Below are positions 51,248 through 64,000 of a DNA stretch of 64,000 nt, piece after piece. Source of the stretch: Octopus bimaculoides (Eukaryota); the NCBI RefSeq assembly GCF_001194135.2, contig NC_068989.1:2907761-2971760 (forward strand). The letters are read 5' to 3'. The notes beneath the pieces were generated by a model that was not told where the DNA came from, made no database searches, and worked only from the letters and a program-made list of their open reading frames with translations. Position 1 is the stretch's first letter, and each line of letters begins with the position of its first letter. The translations under genes were made by a program, and so were the position numbers.

Positions 51248-52969
51248 GTGAAAGATAGATAGATAGAGAGATAGATAATAGAATGACAGATAGACAGACA
51301 GGCAGGCAGATGAATGGATGTATGGTGAGGATAAAGTAATGACTTGCAGTATCTTGGAAATCAAGTTGCATAGAAAAAGGAAAAGTGAAGTTGAGACAAA
51401 AATGCAGAAAGGAAAAGGAGAGAAAGTGAGAGAGAGGTGACTTGCAACTATTGTAGAATGAGAGAGGTGGAATGAGGGAGTTGAAGAGTGAAAGTGGAGA
51501 ACTTGCAACAAGTCGGACTCTGTTCTGCTTTAGAATCAGCTGAGAGAGAAAGGGTGGAGAATGAGAGAGAGAGAGAATGGGGTATGAGTGGTCGGCTACA
51601 TAGAAATATAAAGAGAGGGAGGAATAAAGGGAAAATGAGGGTAAGGAAGAGAAACGATTACAAAGAGAGAAAGAAAAGTAAAAGAGAATCAAAGGATTGA
51701 CACAGATTGATTGGCGCAGGCGTGGCTGTGTGGTAAGAAGTTTGCTTCCCAACTATGTCATAGTTGTGGGTTCAGTCCCACTGCGTGGCACCTTGAACAA
51801 GTGTTTTCTTCCATAACCTCGGGCTGATTAAAGCCTTATGAGTGGATATGATAGATGGAAACTGAAAGAAGCCCATCACATACCGCCCACTTTAGGAACC
51901 ACTGTGTTAAATGATTTCAAACTATCACTGTTTGATTTGATTTCATTATTACAACTATGTGTGTGTATGTATGTATGTTTNNNNNNNNNNNNNNNNNNNN
52001 NNNNNNNNNNNNNNNNNNNNNNNNNNNNNNNNNNNNNNNNNNNNNNNNNNNNNNNNNNNNNNNNNNNNNNNNNNNNNNNNNNNNNNNNNNNNNNNNNNNN
52101 NNNNNNNNNNNNNNNNNNNNNNNNNNNNNNNNNNNNNNNNNNNNNNNNNNNNNNNNNNNNNNNNNNNNNNNNNNNNNNNNNNNNNNNNNNNNNNNNNNNN
52201 NNNNNNNNNNNNNNNNNNNNNNNNNNNNNNNNNNNNNNNNNNNNNNNNNNNNNNNNNNNNNNNNNNNNNNNNNNNNNNNNNNNNNNNNNNNNNNNNNNNN
52301 NNNNNNNNNNNNNNNNNNNNNNNNNNNNNNNNNNNNAATATAGACCACTTTCTGCAGCAAATTCGAAACACCTGTATCTCACAAATAAAGCTTAAACCTT
52401 AATTAGCCTATTAATTTTTTTTTATATCTTTCACCGCATTTTGGCCACCCCATTATCATCCCACCTTCCTTCAACAACACCCCACCGATCTTTCCACTGC
52501 CCCAGGGAGGAGGGGGGGGGGGCAATACCGCCCACTTTGGGAACCACTGAGTTAAGTGATGATGATAATAATTATGGTATATTATCTTACACACCTGTAC
52601 ATGCATACATGGACTCATACAAGCCTAAACATTAGTCTTGTGGATTTCTGCTTTGGAAAGCATTTTTTGATATATTTTGAAAAAACGATAGGATAGTTCT
52701 GAATGCAGATGGTATATGCACTTTACAATGTAATTTTGTAGTTACATACAGATGACCAGAATTCCTATAAAGTTTCACTGAATTTCGATACTTTGTGACT
52801 TGAGCTTTGCAAATATCATTCACTCAGAACTAATGATAATAATAACAATAATAATAAAACAAGTCAACCTCCATTTAATTCTGGTTGATGTTTGTGATTT
52901 TACGTTTTACCAAGTCAGCCAGTTTGCAGAAACACACCATGTCCCGATCTCTGTCTGTCTGTCAGTCTA

Positions 52970-53006
<37 letters not shown>

Positions 53007-53922
53007 AGAGGAAAGAAATAGTAGTGATGGCAAACATTAAAGAATGCTGAAAATGAAAGAATAGGAGGAGAGGGAGAGAGAAAAGGAAATTGTTGAAGCA
53101 GAGAGGGTGAATGAAAGAGAGGGGTGGGTGGATGTGGAGGAGAAGGAAGTGAAAGTTGTAGAAGAAGACAGCGTAGAGAAGATATATAATATTACGTGCA
53201 GGTGGTAGAGGCAAAAGTGTGTGAGTGGAGGGTATATNNNNNNNNNNNNNNNNNNNNNNNNNNNNNNNNNNNNNNNNNNNNNNNNNNNNNNNNNNNNNNN
53301 NNNNNNNNNNNNNNNNNNNNNNNNNNNNNNNNNNNNNNNNNNNNNNNNNNNNNNNNNNNNNNNNNNNNNNNNNNNNNNNNNNNNNNNNNNNNNNNNNNNN
53401 NNNNNNNNNNNNNNNNNNNNNNNNNNNNNNNNNNNNNNNNNNNNNNNNNNNNNNNNNNNNNNNNNNNNNNNNNNNNNNNNNNNNNNNNNNNNNNNNNNNN
53501 NNNNNNNNNNNNNNNNNNNNNNNNNNNNNNNNNNNNNNNNNNNNNNNNNNNNNNNNNNNNNNNNNNNNNNNNNNNNNNNNNNNNNNNNNNNNNNNNNNNN
53601 NNNNNNNNNNNNNNNNNNNNNNNNNNNNNNNNNNNNNNNNNNNNNNNNNNNNNNNNNNNNNNNNNNNNNNNNNNNNNNNNNNNNNNNNNNNNNNNNNNNN
53701 NNNNNNNNNNNNNNNNNNNNNNNNNNNNNNNNNNNNNNNNNNNNNNNNNNNNNNNNNNNNNNNNNNNNNNNNNNNNNNNNNNNNNNNNNNNNNNNNNNNN
53801 NNNNNNNNNNNNNNNNNNNNNNNNNNNNNNNNNNNNNNNNNNNNNNNNNNNNNNNNNNNNNNNNNNNNNNNNNNNNNNNNNNNNNNNNNNNNNNNNNNNN
53901 NNNNNNNNNNNNNNNNNNNNNN

Positions 53923-53973
<51 letters not shown>

Positions 53974-56679
53974 CCAACCTCTTGTAGCTCTTATTATACG
54001 TAGCTGGCTACCTCATGCAGTTTTTTCTTATACTAGTATACTTGTACTTGGTCGTATGAAGGTTTCCGAGTGTGTGGGCTTTATTTGTAATGTGGAAGAA
54101 AATTTCACATGTCTGTGTTGGAGGAGAAATGGCGTGTTATACACACACACACACACACATACGTACATACATTCACACATCCATGCATACGCACACATAC
54201 TGACACATGCATAGAAACACACACACATACATATGTATACACACTTGTATATCTATACACACACACATATTTTACATAATGTGTCAGTCATTTTTATTTC
54301 AAGATTTCTTGTTAGAGAAAGAGCCGGTTTCTGACCTAGATCCAAGGTTCCTTCATTGGCATTTCAACATCAACAACGGAGTATTTTTGTTTGTTTGTAT
54401 GTATGTATGTGTGCAGATTTGTATGTTTTGTTTTATGTAGGTCTTCTCTTGCATATACTTGCATATCTAGACATATAAACTTAAAATGATAAACTTCTGG
54501 GAAATTTTACAGATTTTTACAGTTCCAGTGATGGCTTGAATATGTCGTCTTCGAATCAATATCCCATATGTGTGTGTGTGTGTGCGTGCATACATGTATG
54601 TATAGGTCTATCATACGTCCAGGTTTGAAGGCCCTGTCCCGTGTGTCCAGTCCTGTTAGCAAATATACCATTTGATATTGAAACATCCCAGAAAGTCCTA
54701 TTTAGAGATGAAAAACTTAGATTCTAAGAAGAAGAAAAAAAAACTCGAAATGTTGAAATCTATAAGAAGTTCTAACCCTGCCATGCACAACTCGAATACA
54801 AACTAACAAACATATTGATGTGCATAGCTCAACCTAAATTTAGCGTTGTGGGTGTTTACCAATGGTCTAGCGACTGCATGGGGTAGGTATTATAGGTTAA
54901 AGACATTTTTCTTGGAATTCCGAGATTAAAAAATTACTTAATCTCCTTCCCACTCTATTTCATTTAGATTTTAATTTCCTATTATAAAAAATAGACACAT
55001 AAGCTCTAATTCTTTGAGTTATTTGAAATCCAAAATCCTAAGGAAAATCAGGTTTCCATCACATAACAAAAATTGGGTTATATAAAAGTTCGTCAACCAA
55101 ATAGCCTTATACCAGTAATACCAACCGGCATCCCTTAAGTTTACCCTGTAGCAGACCCCCAAAATGCGGCCTCCATAAAGTCATCGCCCGGAGTGGACTG
55201 TCCCCTCGCTTACCCCACTAGCTATTCTACCGATAATACTATAATTTGGAGGATGTTTCGAAGACCACATTTTCAAAACGTGTTCATATTTAAGAGTGTG
55301 ATTTGCGGTATGTTTGGTTGCTATTTCTAGCATACTAAGGGAGCGCACATAAACGCTTAAATTGGCTCATATTCATTCGTTTTAACATTTAGCAAAACAG
55401 AAGAATTACGAACTCAAAAACGAGTGACATTCTTCAGAACTCTCACTCAATTTCTTCATTCACTTGGTGTCGCAAACAACCAATCTCTTTTTCCCCATCT
55501 GTCCTCTTCATACTGCCTCCCCCCCCCCCTCTGTCACTTATGCACACCCATTCCTCTTTCTCCCCAATTTCACTGTTCTGGTGTCATTGACCTCCGACTT
55601 TTCATGTCTCACTCGTCCATACGCCACCTACCTCGTTCGCCTACTTTTTTTATTTTTTCTACATTCTTAATCGTTCTACCACTGTTTTCTTTTCATGCTT
55701 CGCCTTCGGTTTGTCTCAGCTCAACCTATTCAGATTCCTCACACTCTCTCTCTCTCTCTCCTCACACCACGTCTGTTTATCATTATTATTCATCTTCTAC
55801 TTTCATTATCGTTATTCCTCTCCTTCTTCTATCAATTTGGTCGCTTTTCTCCTTTGTATCTCTTCCGCCATATCTAAATTAATTCTCCCAGGGCATAGCT
55901 TTCGGCTTTATTTTCTTTATTAATAAGATCTAGCAATACATTGAAAAAGATACGTAAAAGGCGCAGGTGTGTTGCTGCATGATCGGAAGTTTGCTTCCCA
56001 ACCACGTGGTTCCGGGTTCAGTCCCACTGCGTGACACCTTCGACAAATATATATATATATATAAAGCACGAAGCTAGGAGGTATGAGAGAGAATATAAAT
56101 TTATTTAACTACCTAAGGTAGAATTTATAAAGGAAGAAACGAGAAAGCCGCATACTCTGATCGCCAGCAAAAAAAAAAGTGTAACAGGCTGGTGGTGCTG
56201 CTACACTGCACACAATGCAATAAAACCACGACATGCTTGGGTGCACAATATGTTCCTTCATTAAGAAAAGGCATGATACATCCAGAATAATCGATCTGTG
56301 GGAGCTGCCCTGGAGTTAAATAATACCCCCTCTCCTGCACACACACACACACACACACATGTATGTAGTTAAAGTTGTTGTTTACTTCCGTGCCAGTTCT
56401 GACTGAGTAGGCTTATAATCAGAGCTATTCCAGCAGTGACCATCTCATCTTTTTCTTGGCACAAGGACCATATTCTCCAAGGTACTCTTTCCTGTGATGG
56501 TCGGATGAGGGAGATTTGGCTATTATTTCTAGCAAGTTCACTGACCACATAGAAGCTCACTTATTTGTTAATTATCTTTATGTAAGTGTAAATATGTTGT
56601 GTGGATTATATAGTATATGTATGTATGTTATGTATATATCAACATCATCGGTGGTGATGATAGATAGATAGAAAAAAAA

Positions 56680-56738
<59 letters not shown>

Positions 56739-58631
56739 CATAGACAGACAGATAGATAGAGTTTACCCAACACATGGTATGTAAGCAACACATTAATGCA
56801 AACATCACTGCCTCTACCACCACCTCTATTATTCCCATCATATAACCCCTTTCCCCCTCCTACCACTACAGCGCCTACCATAAAACAATAACAGAACTGT
56901 AAAAAGAGGCAGGACTTATTGAATGGTCTCAACTACAACTCAACCCCCCTCCCCCACAAAAGCGGCCATGGTGGTTTTCTTTTTCCTTTTCGTAATGAAT
57001 TACTTCATTCATAGATATTTTTACATTAATGTCTTGATGTTTTTTTTTCTGAATTAAATACTAAGATTTTAATATAAACAATATTAGGAATATGCCCATT
57101 GACGTCACCAGGTTTGTTATGCTTTTCTGCCCTAAATTTGTGCTTTTAATGTAGAATATTAATTTTATTTTATTTAAATAAACTGAAAAAATAATTTTGA
57201 ATTTAGGTGTAACTGTGGATTCTATATACAGTTTTTTTTTTTTTTTTACAGTTTCTGTCTACCAAACTCACACACAAGGCCCAGGGCTATAGTAGATGCC
57301 AAGGTTTGGTGCAGTGGGAATGAACATGAAAACATATGCAATCAGGCTTTTAACTTAGAAAAGAAATCCACTCCAACAAGAAAGCGTCTCTGTGGTTGTT
57401 TGCTATTTAAGAGGGACACGTTGTATAATGTAGTCTCTGATATATAAAGAAGTGACACAATCAGGAAAGGAATAGAGCTGATTTCAAATTTTGGCATAAA
57501 ACCATTAAAAAAATTAGGGTTTCGAGTTCCTAATTTCCATGGGGTCACCAGCACAAACTGAAGGCAGGGTACTTGGCTCATGATACTAACACTGTGAGTT
57601 CGATTCCAGATGGTGCATTTATTTCACGTTGCTCCAGTCCATTCAGAGAGCCAGCTGTATTACACTATCTGTCATGCATGTCTGCATATTAATTTCAGGC
57701 TGTTCCATTGATCGGATCGACTGGAGCGCTTGTCGTCACCGACGGAGGGACAAGAGAGAACAGCATATAAATGTCAAATGTCATATATATATACAGATAT
57801 TCTTTTATTATTTTATTTGTTTCAGTCATTTGACTGCAGGACTTATTCTTGGTAAGCTTAGTACTTATTCTATCGGTCTCTTTTGCCTAACCGCTAAGTT
57901 ATAGGAACGTAAACACACCAGCATCGGTTGTCAGGCGACGGTGGGGGTGGAGGGAATAAATACAGACGCACAGACATACATACATACATACGACGGGCTT
58001 CTTTCAGTTTCGGTCTACCAATGGTACTTATTTTATTGACCTCTGAAAAGATGAAAGGTTATAGTAGAAGTGGGACTGAACCCGGAACCATGCGGTTGGT
58101 AAGCAAGCAAGCTACTTACCACACAGCCACTCCAGCACATACACACACACACACGCATATATATATATAAATAAAAGCTCGCACGTACTTCTTTGCCCCT
58201 CCTGTACGTGCTTCAAAGCGTTCGAGACATACACACTTCACGTCTGGCTGTACAGCCTTTTTGTTTGTTTATTTCACCGTTTCGTTTTCCTGTCTTGTTT
58301 TCCGTCCGCCACAACTACCCTCCACGAAAACAATTTAATTTGTGTTCGTGGGAAGAACCATTTTAACGATGCGTACTGCCTTAATTCTTCGAAACGCCGG
58401 AGTTTTAATGGTGGCAGCTGATGAAGGGGATGTTTCTATGTGGCCTGCTTGTTTGTTGCACCTTGTTTACCATTTTTGTCCTTGTTCTTTTGCCACGTCA
58501 TGTACCCAGTTATGTATNNNNNNNNNNNNNNNNNNNNNNNNNNNNNNNNNNNNNNNNNNNNNNNNNNNNNNNNNNNNNNNNNNNNNNNNNNNNNNNNNNN
58601 NNNNNNNNNNNNNNNNNNTATATATATATAT

Positions 58632-58765
58632 AACAACAACAAAAAAAGATCCGAAAATTATTATTGTCGGCTCATGCAAGCTATGAATTACCATAAGTGG
58701 TAGCACATGCTGAATTAATCCATTATCATGTTTAGTGATAAAATAACTGCCAATTAAAGTATCAT
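58632..58765 (+). repeat. About 135-bp direct repeat, partner at 59791-59925
   Basis: ACAACAACAAAAAAAGAT.C.AAAATTATTATTGT.GGCTCATGCAAGCTATGA.TTACCAT.AGTGG.AGCACATGCTG.ATTAATCCATTATCATGTTTAGTGATAAAATAA..TGCCAATTAAAG occurs twice, about 1.16 kb apart. Confidence 0.85.
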
Positions 58766-60480
58766 ATATATATATATATATATATATTTGCAGTATATTT
58801 TTTGAGGAACGATGTTATGGATAGATGTGATCGCTACTATGGATGCAGCTAAAGACATAAACCCATAGCAGTAATTTATGTTGATGATAATTAATTAGAG
58901 TTAAGCCCATCTCGATAATTTAACTATAGAGAAGAAAAAAAAATGGAACAAGGGAGGCAATAAAGAAACACAAATGAGAATTATGTCCCTTCAATTATAA
59001 TCGTTAGTAAATTTTCTCACAAGTCGAATTATTTCAGACAAGTGCTTGGATAGCACTGGGCTTACAGCAGTGAGAAATTGCGTTTAGTTCTATGTTGTTG
59101 TTTCAGATAATTACGGGATCGATTTTTGCCTTTCATGTTTCTGTTATCAATAAAATTAGTATCATTTAATTATTCCTCTCCGCTAAATTTTGTGGCATTT
59201 CTACTCAAGTTAGAAATTATTGTCGTTGTTACAGTAGGGCGGTGGAGGAAGTGAATCGTTTGAACAACGTCAATAATAATATTAATAATAATATTGCAGT
59301 ATTTAATAATGACTTTTTGAATTTCAAGTTCGATTCTCGCTTAGGTCAATTTTACTTTTCATCCATCTCCGGCCGATTAAATAAAGTACCATCAAGTATA
59401 GAAGTCGATATAAGGGGCAGTTTCTTTTCTTCATTTTCTATCCTTGTATTTACGAAAGAAATCATTCTTCTGGTTTTACGTTCTAAGTTCAAATTCTATC
59501 GAAGTCGATTTTGCCTCTTCATCCTTTCAGAGACGATAAAATTTAGTAGCTGTTGAGTTCTAAGGTTTGATGTAATCGATTAGCCCCTCCACTCAAATTT
59601 TTCAGGCTTTCTGCCTATAGTAGAAATTACCCAAAATTTGCAAGCTTTAAAAGCTATTAACTTTTATTTATTAATTGATGGCAAAAACGGATTTCATTTC
59701 CATAATTGACACATAAAACTTCATGAGGAAAAACCAAATTTGAAATCAATTGGGGCAAAATTTTTTAAAATAGTAAAAAAGAAAAATGCGACAACAACAA
59801 AAAAGATGCAAAAATTATTATTGTTGGCTCATGCAAGCTATGAGTTACCATTAGTGGAAGCACATGCTGGATTAATCCATTATCATGTTTAGTGATAAAA
59901 TAATGATTGCCAATTAAAGCATCATAATTATTAAATAGACTGCAACCCACCCATTAGTTTTTATGATCTTTTGCCAGATTTAGAAAATATTTGTGGAATT
60001 ATCGAAACAACAGACATAAAAGAAAATACCATTCTGTGTGTTTAATTGTTTCTTTGTAACTGGAGTCGACTTTTCTCTTTTCTTTTCTATTCACATCCAG
60101 GATGCATTGTAATAATATATTTGTCAAACATGAGATTTGAACTCACTTTGCTAAACATCAACAACATGGCTGTGCTGTTAAGAAGCTTGCCTTGTAACCA
60201 TGTGATTTCAGGTTCAGTCCCACCGTGCAGCATTTTGGTTAAGTGTCTTCTATTACAGCCCCAGGACGACTACTGTTGTGTGAGAGAAAATTTGGTAGAC
60301 AGAAACTGTGAGGAAACCCATCATATTATGTGTGTGTGTGTTTGCTTCCTCCAGTGCTGAGTGACCTATGTTGGTTTGTTCACACCCCCATGATGTAGCA
60401 GTTCAGCAAAAGAGTTCGATAGAATTAGTAACACACTGCAAGGCAGTGCTCCAGCATGGCAATAGTCCAATGACTTAAAG

Positions 60481-60806
60481 CATAGCTTCTCAAAGTGGGC
60501 GCTACCACCCCTTGGTGGGTGTTGAGACGGTCCATGTGGGCGCTAGTGACTAAGGGGGCGGTGGGGGTGGGGGGAGAAAAAGGAGACGTTGGGAGGAAGG
60601 GAGTGGATTTGGGGACGCTATGAATTTATTATAATATTATTATAGTATTGTATACAAATTATATGATATTATATTAAATATCAAACGATTCATAATATAA
60701 TATAAATTAGTAAAATATTAAATATTTATTTATACATAAAAATAGGGATGGGGTGCTGAAGGTATTATGTGGCCATGAAGTGGGGGGGGGGAGTTTCAGA
60801 CCTCTG
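60481..60806. mobile_element. hAT MITE with 8-bp TSD, nested in a SINE tail
   Basis: Ends CATAGCTTCTCAAAGT and AGTTTCAGACCTCTG. Flanks ACTTAAAG and ACTTAAAC match at 7/8. The SINE tail ...CAATGACTTAAA resumes as ACTTAAACAAATAAAAGA after the insert. Confidence 0.75.
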
Positions 60807-62458
60807 ACTTAAACAAATAAAAGAAAAAGAAACACAACCCCAGCAGACATCACGAAAAGAGGGAGCCTTCAGTGAAACTCCTTTAATATAATATGTCATA
60901 GCATTCACCTGATTCCAAGACATTAACTTTCTTACTTCCACATGTTTCTGGCATTGGCATCTATTTTCGTTTTTTTTTTACATTGTTTATTATTATTATT
61001 ATTACTACTACTACTACTACTACTACTAACAGAACTCTGATGAAGCTCGGTTCCTCTTTTACATATTTGGCTCCCATTTCGTTCTTCAGATCCTCCCACC
61101 ACTTGAGCTTCCTTCAGTGTTATGACTAACTAAAAACCCACAAGAGAATAACATCTGTTGACGTGGCCTTACAGCTCCAAATGTTACTGCAATAAAGTGT
61201 GGGTGCACACATGCACGTATACATAGGCACACATACACACACAGAGGCACATACACACACATGCATGCATATACACACACATGCAAGCACACACACCCAA
61301 ACACAAATATTATTACTCAGCCCCATCAAATGGAGTGATGCTTGCTTGTTGTCAAAGATCCAAAAATTTTCCACCTCCTTTTATGTCCCCCCCCCACCAT
61401 TTACTTCTCTCTCTCTCTCTCTCTCTCTCCTTCTCTTTCACTCTGATTGTCTTTCTAGCTTTCTCTGTATCTCTCCCCTGTCTTTCTTCCTCTTTCTTGT
61501 CTGACTGAGGCAGCCAAATATCTCCTCTATAGAAAGACAGCTATCCCTGTCCCTCCATTGTACTCTAACCCTCTCGCCTGGCACACACCCTCCTTCCTCA
61601 GCTCCATCCTGCTCTCAACTAAGTGGCCCTTGTCCTGCAAGTTACTTGGTGACCTCACTGGTGCTGTAGCTACATGAAAAGCACTCGTGTTGGTTCTACA
61701 TAAAACGCATCCCGTCCACTCTACAAGGTGGTTGGCATAAGGAAGGGCATCCAGCCATAGAAACCATGGCAAAGCAGACAAGGGAACCTGCTTCAGCTCT
61801 CTGGCTTGCCGGCTCCTGTCAAACTGTCCAATCCATGCCAGCATGGAAAACGGATGTTAAACGATGATGATGATGTGTCTTTGTATCTGTCCCTCTACCC
61901 ACCACTTGACAACTGGTGTTGGTTTGTTTACATCTCTGTAATGTAGCCGTTTGGCAAAAGAGGCTGATAGAGTATGTAAGTACCAGACAGTTTTTTTGAG
62001 AAAAAAAAACAAAAAACAAACAAAAAACCGTTCAGGGTGGTGCCCCAGTATGGCCACAACCCAGTGACTGAAACAAAAAAGAGATAAAGATCACAGATTC
62101 ATGTATTTCCTCTTAACCTATTTTCCTTTTCTGTTTCAAATATTTGCCATGATTTGAAACTGTTGTCGGTCGGTCTCGACTGCTATTTTGATCAATCAAT
62201 TGGGTTTGGTCTGTTTATCTTTTCAGAAATTGATTTTGGTCAACAGAAATCCATTCAATGGTTTGCTATAAATTCACATCACATTCACCTGAACAACAAC
62301 AGCAACAACAACAATCTATTCTTCTGCCAGACTATGAAGAAGATATTGTTATTGCAAGTGAGAGGTGACATGTGTTGCTACAAATACTACATGTGTGTGT
62401 CTGTGTGTATAAGAGAGAGAGTGTTTGTGTGTATAAGAGAGAGTGTGTGTGTGTGCAA

Positions 62459-62489
<31 letters not shown>

Positions 62490-63042
62490 AGAGTGTGTAT
62501 GTGCATGTGTATGACAGTGTGTGTGTGTGTGTGTGTGTGTATGAATGTGTATATGAAGGCATGTGGCTTAGTGGTTATGGTATTTGGCTCATGACCATAA
62601 GGCTGTGAGTTCAATACCCAGTGGTGTATCGTGTCCTTGAGCAAGACACTTTATTTCACGTTGCTTCTGTCCACTTCACTAATCCAGTTTTTATCCATTG
62701 GTTAAGATTTCATCCTCTCTTTTTTCCAATCCTCATTCACTCTTCACAGTCACCCTCCACTCCACTTCACTCTCACTCATTAGGTAGATCTCTGCATGTG
62801 TGTTTGTGTGTGTGTGTGTGTGAGTCTGATGTTATTTCTTTTTAGTATAATTCAGGCTGTCTCTATTTTATCTTATTAACCAAACAAATAAATTTAATTA
62901 ACCATAGTAATTAACTATCACTCATACATGTAAACCATAGACACAGACACACATACAAACTCTCCCCCCCCCCATTTACACACAAACATATTCTGATACA
63001 CACACACTGATTCTTTTACTCCACCCCACCTCTCTATCTCTG

Positions 63043-63079
<37 letters not shown>

Positions 63080-63487
63080 CTCACACAGACTCTTTTATTC
63101 CTTCCCCACTCTCAGTCTCTGTCTTTCTCTCTCTCTCACACACACAAGCACTGATCAAATTCCAGCCAAATTTTAAACATTAATGGCAAATTCAATAGCG
63201 AAATGTCAACAATGCATGCAAAAGATGAAACATTGATGTTATTAATGTGCGTACATAAGACCGTTTATGAATCTGTGAGTGTTTTCGCTTGTATATTTGT
63301 GCATCAGGAGTAAGCAGGAATATGTGAACAGCCTGGCAGGTTCTGGGGCAAAGCAAGGCTCACAGACTTCTACATAAACAACCACATAAATACATAAATT
63401 AACAATTGGTCCCTTACACCCAAGGGCCACCCAGGCAGCTGCTGAATGTATCCAAAACTGTGTAAGAGAATCTGCTTGAAAGCATAC

Positions 63488-63521
<34 letters not shown>

Positions 63522-64000
63522 CTGTATCTATATCATCACCATCGTTTAACGTCCGCTTTCCATGCTAGCATGGGTTGGACGATTTGACTGAGGAATGGTG
63601 AACCAGATGGCTACACTAGGCTCCAATCTGATTTGGCAGAGTTTCTACAGCTGGATGCCCTTCCTAACGCCAATCACTCCGAGAGTGTAAAATATATATG
63701 TGCATGTATATTTATAAATAACCCCTGTCCCCCACCCCGGTCTTCTGTCTATATCCCTCTTTATGCTCACTTTCTTGTATCTTAAGGCTCTGGCATCCCG
63801 TCACTATCTTCTTCCCAGCCATGCCCACCTGTGAGGAAGCCGTGTACCTTCTTTATAGCAGGACGCCTATGTTTTGTCCCTCTTTCGTACTCCTAACACC
63901 TGGCATAAAACCCCCTTCCCCTCTCAATTACTCCCACCTCCCACTTAGCCGAGAGGAATTTATTGTCTTCTTTTCCTGTCTTGTGAATTCCTTGACAATC

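Overview
AT-rich, microsatellite- and SINE-dense animal genomic DNA with 13 N-gaps. The repeat make-up points to an octopod cephalopod scaffold (inference). Almost every ORF in the supplied track is a microsatellite, gap or repeat artefact. The window holds the 5' part of one very large minus-strand gene, an AMP-activated protein kinase gamma subunit long isoform (PRKAG2/SNF4Agamma-like). Support is a gap-truncated exon at 24742-24519 beginning DLSAFAMPLL, a candidate 39-codon first coding exon at 45673-45557 that the ORF track misses, and a candidate 46-nt micro-exon at 6207-6162. The introns carry several tRNA-derived SINE families, an RTE LINE 3' fragment, a decayed Tc1 transposase, a mariner deletion derivative, piggyBac-type and hAT-type MITEs with target-site duplications, and HINE-like elements. 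The most notable observation is a short repeat (three copies) combining a tRNA-Thr-like Pol III head, a 5' head-to-head foldback and a minimal Penelope-type hammerhead ribozyme. It is a candidate ribozyme-bearing SINE mobilised by Penelope-like elements. All coordinates were read by eye and no searches were run.
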